This document shows positions 59,452 through 64,000 of a stretch of 64,000 nt of DNA, piece by piece. Numbering within the stretch: the first letter of the stretch is position 1; every line of letters starts with the position of its first letter. This stretch comes from Candidatus Saccharimonadota bacterium (GTDB taxonomy: Bacteria > Patescibacteriota > Saccharimonadia > Saccharimonadales > Saccharimonadaceae). The stretch lies in contig JAFWKY010000015.1 in the NCBI GenBank assembly GCA_017514105.1, forward strand, positions 20,834 to 84,833, read 5' to 3'. Below the pieces are notes generated by a model. The model made no database searches. It saw only the letters and a program-made list of their open reading frames with translations, and was not told where the DNA came from. Position numbers and translations under genes: made by a program.

Positions 59452-59648
59452 GATTCTGATTAGAATTAGAGATCCGAGCCGGTGCACGAATGAAACAAAA
59501 AAGGCAAACGTGTGCCCTAAAATTGTTCATTTCAACGTTGTCTCAGCGCGCAGAAAGACTGCCTACATCTGAATTTATATCATATTCTTACATATCCTTT
59601 GCATTTTTGGATTTATGTGATATAATAACGATGACTAGGAAAAGTTGC

Positions 59649-59778
59649 CCTTTCAAAAGATTTTACCGTTTTGGTGGTAACGATTTGACAATCGTAAACT
59701 ATCACATATGTGTGGGCTTCTTCGGAAGCTGTGATGGGATTATCTATCGTTTTATCATATGCATCTTTTCATGAAAGG
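59649..59778 (+). promoter_or_regulatory. Structured 5' leader sequestering the precursor SD
   Basis: cctttca-aaagat ... atcttttca-tgaaagg long-range pairing; internal hairpins including gcttc-ttcg-gaagc. Confidence 0.5.
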
Positions 59779-59790
59779 AGATATACGGAT

Positions 59791-59979
59791 ATGAAGAAAC
59801 TTCTGGATATCACTCGTACACCTTATGAAACCACTCGTCTGAATGCAGCTTCTGGCTGCGGCGGAGCTGGTTGTGGCTCCGGTTGCGGCGGTGGCTGCGG
59901 TGGTGGCGGCGGCTCTTGCGGCGGCGGCTCCGGCTGTAACGGAGGCGGTGGCGGAGGCTGCGGCGGTGGCGGAAAATAA
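59791..59979 (+). CDS. 62-aa Gly/Cys/Ser-rich azole-RiPP precursor MKKLLDITRTPYETTRLNAASGCGGAGCGSGCGGGCGGGGGSCGGGSGCNGGGGGGCGGGGK
   Basis: SD AAAGGAG, leader plus GGCG/GSCG core, own terminator, adjacent YcaO-dehydrogenase gene. Confidence 0.85.
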   Translation: MKKLLDITRTPYETTRLNAASGCGGAGCGSGCGGGCGGGGGSCGGGSGCNGGGGGGCGGGGK

Positions 59980-60051
59980 TTTCCGCTAACAAACACCAAA
60001 CAGTAAATCAATTTGCAATAGCTTGGTCTCACACATGCCAAGTCTTCGCCA

Positions 60052-60082
60052 AGGCCCGAGATTCGTCTCGGGTCGTTTTTTT
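60052..60082 (+). terminator. Terminator after the precursor
   Basis: ggcccgaga-ttcg-tctcgggtc followed by a T run. Confidence 0.75.
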
Positions 60083-60168
60083 GTGTTTTTGTAACAAATG
60101 TGTTATAATATGTGTAAGATTTATATCTTGGACCTTAAAAGATAGTTTTTAGAAAGGATGTGACCATT

Positions 60169-62289
60169 ATGAAGAATGATTTTGCTCCTATTTTAGTGGT
60201 TCCGGCAGTGCCTCATGAAGGCGGAATTAGATTCCTTTACTGTAAGAACCAGATCGACATCGGCCCAGAAATGGCCGAAGAACTGTGGAAGATTCTCGGA
60301 TTCTGTAGCGGTTACAATACAGTCGAGGCAGTTGCCGAGCTTTCCTCCTTGCCGCTTGATGAAGTTTTCGAAATCTTATCTGAACTTGTCGAGCTTGAAT
60401 TAGTTGTTGATTCTAGGGAACAATATCTTCACTTTCATAGAATTCGCAACTATCCCACAGGTTTCAATCGCAATCTTTCGCAAGATGAAGTAGCAGAATA
60501 TACGGCTAGTCCGAGAAAACCTGCCAAGAGCGGCAAAGCTCTCTCATTTGAAAAGGACGAGAATACGTTCTTCTCTGACATTCTAGAGAAGAGGCGTTCT
60601 TGTCGCAGTTTTTCGGATAAGAAACTCACGCTCAAGCAGGTTGGCAATCTTTGCCATTATGCATATTTCATCAAAGATCATGTTGTACCGAGTGGCGGAG
60701 CACTTTATCCCTTGAGGATATATATGCTGGTCGAAAAAGACCAAGATGGCTTTAAGGCCGGCTACTACGAGTACGATGTAGAAAATGACACTCTTATTCT
60801 GTTTAATTCTGAAGTAGACGAGGAACAGCTCAAATACTGCTTTAACCAGGAAGAGATGCCGTTCGGATCGTCTGTCCAAATTGTAATCGCTGCAGACCTC
60901 AAGAGACAACCTTTCAAATATGCAAATCGTGGCTATATGCTGACGCAAGTCGAAGTTGGTCATGTTGCGGAGAACATTAGCCTTTATTGCGCAGAACAAG
61001 GTCTAGGCGCTTGCGAAATGGGCGGGGTTCAAGATGAGCCACTCAAGAAAGAACTCGAACTCGAAGATGACATTTGGCCGATTATTTCTATACCAATTGG
61101 CTATCCGTTAAATACGAAAACTGAACCGTTCAACAAAATTCACTATGTTGAAGAAAATGTTGGCGAAGGTAAGCCGGTAGAAAAAATTTGGACCAGAGTC
61201 TTTGGAGATGATGGATCTTTCTTTGGAGCCACAACGATCTACCATGATGAATGTGGCAACGAGCAGTATGCTGGCGCAACGAGCCCTTCGTATGCGGATG
61301 CCATCTTCAAGGCAACAATTGAAGGTTATGAACGCTTTTTGTCTAGCCAAGTTCGTTCCGACTACTTTGGAAAGGCTAGCGATCTTAAGAGTTGGCTACA
61401 TCCGTACGATTATTTTCCGCTCACAAAAGAGCAGGCAGAAAAGTGCGGAGTAAGCTATTTTACCAAAGATCTGCCGATTAGTTGGACTCTTGGCCATAAG
61501 TTTGATGGAACTGAGGTATACGTTCCTTCAGACATTGTCTATTACGGGCAGAAGACTGGTAAGAACCGAATCTATTTTGGGCATTCGTCTGGTATTGCAG
61601 CCTACAGTAACCATAAAGAGGCTGAGAAGCGTGCTTTAGTCGAGCTAATTGAGCGTGATGCCTTGATGAGAAATTGGTATTCTCATGAATCTCCCAATAT
61701 TATCGCCGAGAAGATTCTCCCTATTCACGTCAGAAAACGTATTTCACATTGGCATAAACAGAATCGCAAAATAATGATTTTGGAAATGCCATCCAAATAC
61801 GGCTGGGTGTTTGAGGCAATTGTCGTTTCCAACGAGTATCCGTTTTTCGTGAGCGGAGCGGCGGCAACAATCGAAAGAGCAAGTATTTCGGATACCATCA
61901 ATAAGGCTTTGCAAGAAGCAGAATATAATCTCTTGCTCTGTATTAATTATCCGGATAACTCCGAGATTGATCCGAAGTCAGTCTCTACTCCTACCGATCA
62001 TGGTAAAGTTTACCACATAGAGAAAAATGCTAACATGCTATCGTGGCTTTGGAGTGGACGCAAGACCGAACATTTCGCAAGAAATGCCGAATGGAGCGTT
62101 GAAGCCTTGAAGAAACACCTCGATGTTACAACTGTAGATTTATCCAATCCTGCGTATAATTGGTCTGTCGTAAGAGTGCTTAGTCCAAAGCTGGCGCAGA
62201 TCAACTTTGGCTTTTATTCCGCTCATTACGATAGGTCTGACCTGACAGTATACAAAAAGAGTCTTACGATGCCACATTATTTCGCATAA
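60169..62289 (+). CDS. Fused SagB-type FMN dehydrogenase + YcaO cyclodehydratase with N-terminal winged-helix-like domain
   Basis: RRSCRSF, PSGGALYP, EVGHVAEN (nitroreductase fold); EGYER, SSGIAA, ELIERDA, EAEY and C-terminal PHYFA (YcaO); alternative GTG start at 60160. Confidence 0.85.
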   Translation: MKNDFAPILVVPAVPHEGGIRFLYCKNQIDIGPEMAEELWKILGFCSGYNTVEAVAELSSLPLDEVFEILSELVELELVVDSREQYLHFHRIRNYPTGFNRNLSQDEVAEYTASPRKPAKSGKALSFEKDENTFFSDILEKRRSCRSFSDKKLTLKQVGNLCHYAYFIKDHVVPSGGALYPLRIYMLVEKDQDGFKAGYYEYDVENDTLILFNSEVDEEQLKYCFNQEEMPFGSSVQIVIAADLKRQPFKYANRGYMLTQVEVGHVAENISLYCAEQGLGACEMGGVQDEPLKKELELEDDIWPIISIPIGYPLNTKTEPFNKIHYVEENVGEGKPVEKIWTRVFGDDGSFFGATTIYHDECGNEQYAGATSPSYADAIFKATIEGYERFLSSQVRSDYFGKASDLKSWLHPYDYFPLTKEQAEKCGVSYFTKDLPISWTLGHKFDGTEVYVPSDIVYYGQKTGKNRIYFGHSSGIAAYSNHKEAEKRALVELIERDALMRNWYSHESPNIIAEKILPIHVRKRISHWHKQNRKIMILEMPSKYGWVFEAIVVSNEYPFFVSGAAATIERASISDTINKALQEAEYNLLLCINYPDNSEIDPKSVSTPTDHGKVYHIEKNANMLSWLWSGRKTEHFARNAEWSVEALKKHLDVTTVDLSNPAYNWSVVRVLSPKLAQINFGFYSAHYDRSDLTVYKKSLTMPHYFA

Positions 62290-62297
62290 AACTATTT

Positions 62298-62333
62298 CAA
62301 AAAAAAGACCCGAGAGCGACCTCGGGCTTTTTT
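62298..62333. terminator. Bidirectional terminator
   Basis: aaaaaaagacccgag-agcgac-ctcgggctttttt. Confidence 0.75.
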
Positions 62334-62982
62334 ATAATGCGGCTTCAAAATCTGCGTATTTATCGGCAAATGCTTCTTCAATTGTTTTACCGGATTTTTC
62401 TAGATATTTCTTCACGGTTAAATATCCGAGTGAGTAGGCACTCCATCTTGGCAACTTGTCATTTCCGTTAAAGAAGATGGTCTGGTAATCATATCTTTCG
62501 TTTCCAAGTTGATCTTTAAGTTCTTCGTGAATCTTTTTGTTTTCTACGTCGGAGCGTTCCATTACAGTTTTTAGGAAAAGTTGTTTTTCTGGCTTACTTT
62601 TCATAAATTCAGATTCAAAATACGTAGCAATGCCTTCACTAACTATTCCATCGAATAGGGTGTTCATCCATTCGTCATTTTTTCCCCATCTGGCAGCATG
62701 ACAGAGTTCGTGAACTAAAGTTTCTGCTAAGACGTTTTCCGTGATCTTGTCTTCATTAATACTAATAATGATAAAATCGCTAGTATAGGTTCGACCACCA
62801 ACTCCGTCTTCGGGAATGACAAACTCATATACACGATTGGTAATAACAACATCAATATCCCAATCTATTTTGAGCTTAGAAAAAACGTACTCTTCCGCTT
62901 TTTTGACAGCATCCAGAATAAGAGCTTTCTTGTTCGAAAGATTTCCATTCGCCTCAGTAATAAATAGATTGATTTTGCCCAT
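62332..62982 (-). CDS. DUF2268-like putative Zn-dependent protease
   Basis: GVGG, HELCH, SEGIA..F, PRWSAYSLGY. Confidence 0.75.
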   Translation of the reverse strand: MGKINLFITEANGNLSNKKALILDAVKKAEEYVFSKLKIDWDIDVVITNRVYEFVIPEDGVGGRTYTSDFIIISINEDKITENVLAETLVHELCHAARWGKNDEWMNTLFDGIVSEGIATYFESEFMKSKPEKQLFLKTVMERSDVENKKIHEELKDQLGNERYDYQTIFFNGNDKLPRWSAYSLGYLTVKKYLEKSGKTIEEAFADKYADFEAAL

Positions 62983-63215
62983 ATTTATATTATATCATTT
63001 TGATTATTATCGGACAAATTTTGTACATAGTCAATGCTAATAATGGTGTTAAGATTAATTTTAATGATTCCAATTCAAAATTATCAATTACCTTCGTGTG
63101 TATATTTTAGTCCTGAATTGTGCCGCTCATCCCCCAACTTCCGCATTTTGTGTTATAATAAAGATACGGAAACGGAGGTATGGTATTCATCGGAAATCAG
63201 AAAAGGAGGGGTAAG

Positions 63216-63497
63216 ATGAATCAAGAAATTGAAAACCTTGAAAGAGCAATTAGCAAATTATTAATGACGGAGCGAGCAGTGTTTGACGACTTTGCCGAGA
63301 TTGAACATAATGTGAATCAGACTCGGCTTAAGATTGTCGCAAGCAACGGTAAGGACAAAGAGCTTCAAGCAAAATACGACGACCTTGTCGAAGAGCTCGA
63401 AAACACGAGGCAATACTTCGTCAACCTCAAAGAACAGCGCAAATATCTCGAATATAAGCTCGAAGCGCTCGAGAATGAAGACTTACGCCATCCGTAA
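63216..63497 (+). CDS. Small coiled-coil hypothetical protein
   Basis: SD AAGGAGG, heptad pattern, terminator ~63502-63526. Confidence 0.65.
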   Translation: MNQEIENLERAISKLLMTERAVFDDFAEIEHNVNQTRLKIVASNGKDKELQAKYDDLVEELENTRQYFVNLKEQRKYLEYKLEALENEDLRHP

Positions 63498-63580
63498 CCC
63501 TAAGCCAGCGAATTGCTGGCTTTTTAATATCCAAGCAGCGAACTTAACTAGATAAAATGCCCCAGATAGATTAGCAGGCT

Positions 63581-64000
63581 CTACTCGCTACGCAACGCTT
63601 CCACTGGGTCTTTTTTCGCTGCGGCACGAGCAGGAATCAGCCCACCAATCAGTGTGAGGATGACACTGAGAACAATTAGAATCAGAGCGCTGCTTGGCGC
63701 AAGTTGCGCATATAGGTTAACGTCACCGATAAATATATGCAAAACGAAATTAATCATCGGGATAAGTATATACGATATTCCGATTCCAAATATCCCCGAC
63801 AGCAGCCCAACAATAAACGTCTCCGCATTAAAGATGGAAGAAATGTTGTGCTTGGAAGCACCAATTGCTCGCAAGATTCCAATTTCTTTTGTACGCTCGT
63901 ACACTGAAATATACGTAATCACTCCGATCATGATGGAGGACACGATTAGTGAAATAGAAACAAATGCAATCAGAACATAAGACACTGCGTCCACGATTAT
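63581..64000 (-). CDS. FtsX/MacB-family ABC permease, C-terminal part (5' end outside the window)
   Basis: SVYERTKEIGILRAIGA, IPARAAAKKDPVEALR. Confidence 0.9.
   Translation of the reverse strand: MIVDAVSYVLIAFVSISLIVSSIMIGVITYISVYERTKEIGILRAIGASKHNISSIFNAETFIVGLLSGIFGIGISYILIPMINFVLHIFIGDVNLYAQLAPSSALILIVLSVILTLIGGLIPARAAAKKDPVEALRSE

Noticed and set aside
59810-60041. Pro-rich and Arg-rich ORFs on the minus strand
   Set aside because: Antisense shadows of the Gly-codon-rich precursor, which has the SD and terminator
63126-63134. ctcatcccc matching the tRNA-Gln 3' end, as a possible attR of a RiPP island
   Set aside because: Only 9 bp and no integrase nearby; compatible with chance

Overview
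This 64-kb window is mostly core chromosome of a small-genome bacterium, most likely Candidatus Saccharibacteria (TM7, CPR). That call is inferred from the gene content, the short AlaRS, the extended L1 and the dense gene packing; TGA is used as stop. Housekeeping genes include a two-component pair, a pseudouridine synthase, an ftsA-like gene, alaS, mnmA, iscS, tatD, typA, ung, an ABC exporter pair, queH-queA-tgt, cysS, recR-ybaB, dnaB-dnaX, rplJ-rplL, rplA, rplK, nusG-secE, a glucan phosphorylase, hppA and tRNA-Gln(CTG). Five things stand out. (1) Two compact RiPP loci: a microcin-B17-like Gly/Cys/Ser precursor with a fused SagB-dehydrogenase-YcaO enzyme next to tRNA-Gln, and an unannotated 52-aa 7-Cys precursor behind a radical SAM/SPASM enzyme. 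Each locus sits next to a HEXXH peptidase gene. (2) At least two families of 110-170-nt palindromic elements are inserted in frame in conserved enzymes (pseudouridine synthase, MnmA twice, IscS, TatD, probably Tgt), with compensatory base changes between copies. (3) A pseudoknot-like 5' leader with the same pairing topology but different stem sequences precedes both FISUMP-type surface-protein paralogs. (4) The 3' end of one paralog looks like a DGR variable region, with no RT or template repeat in the window. (5) Many genes appear leaderless (TGnTATAAT-N6-7-ATG), and rplK is inverted. All calls are by eye from sequence and motifs; no database searches were run.
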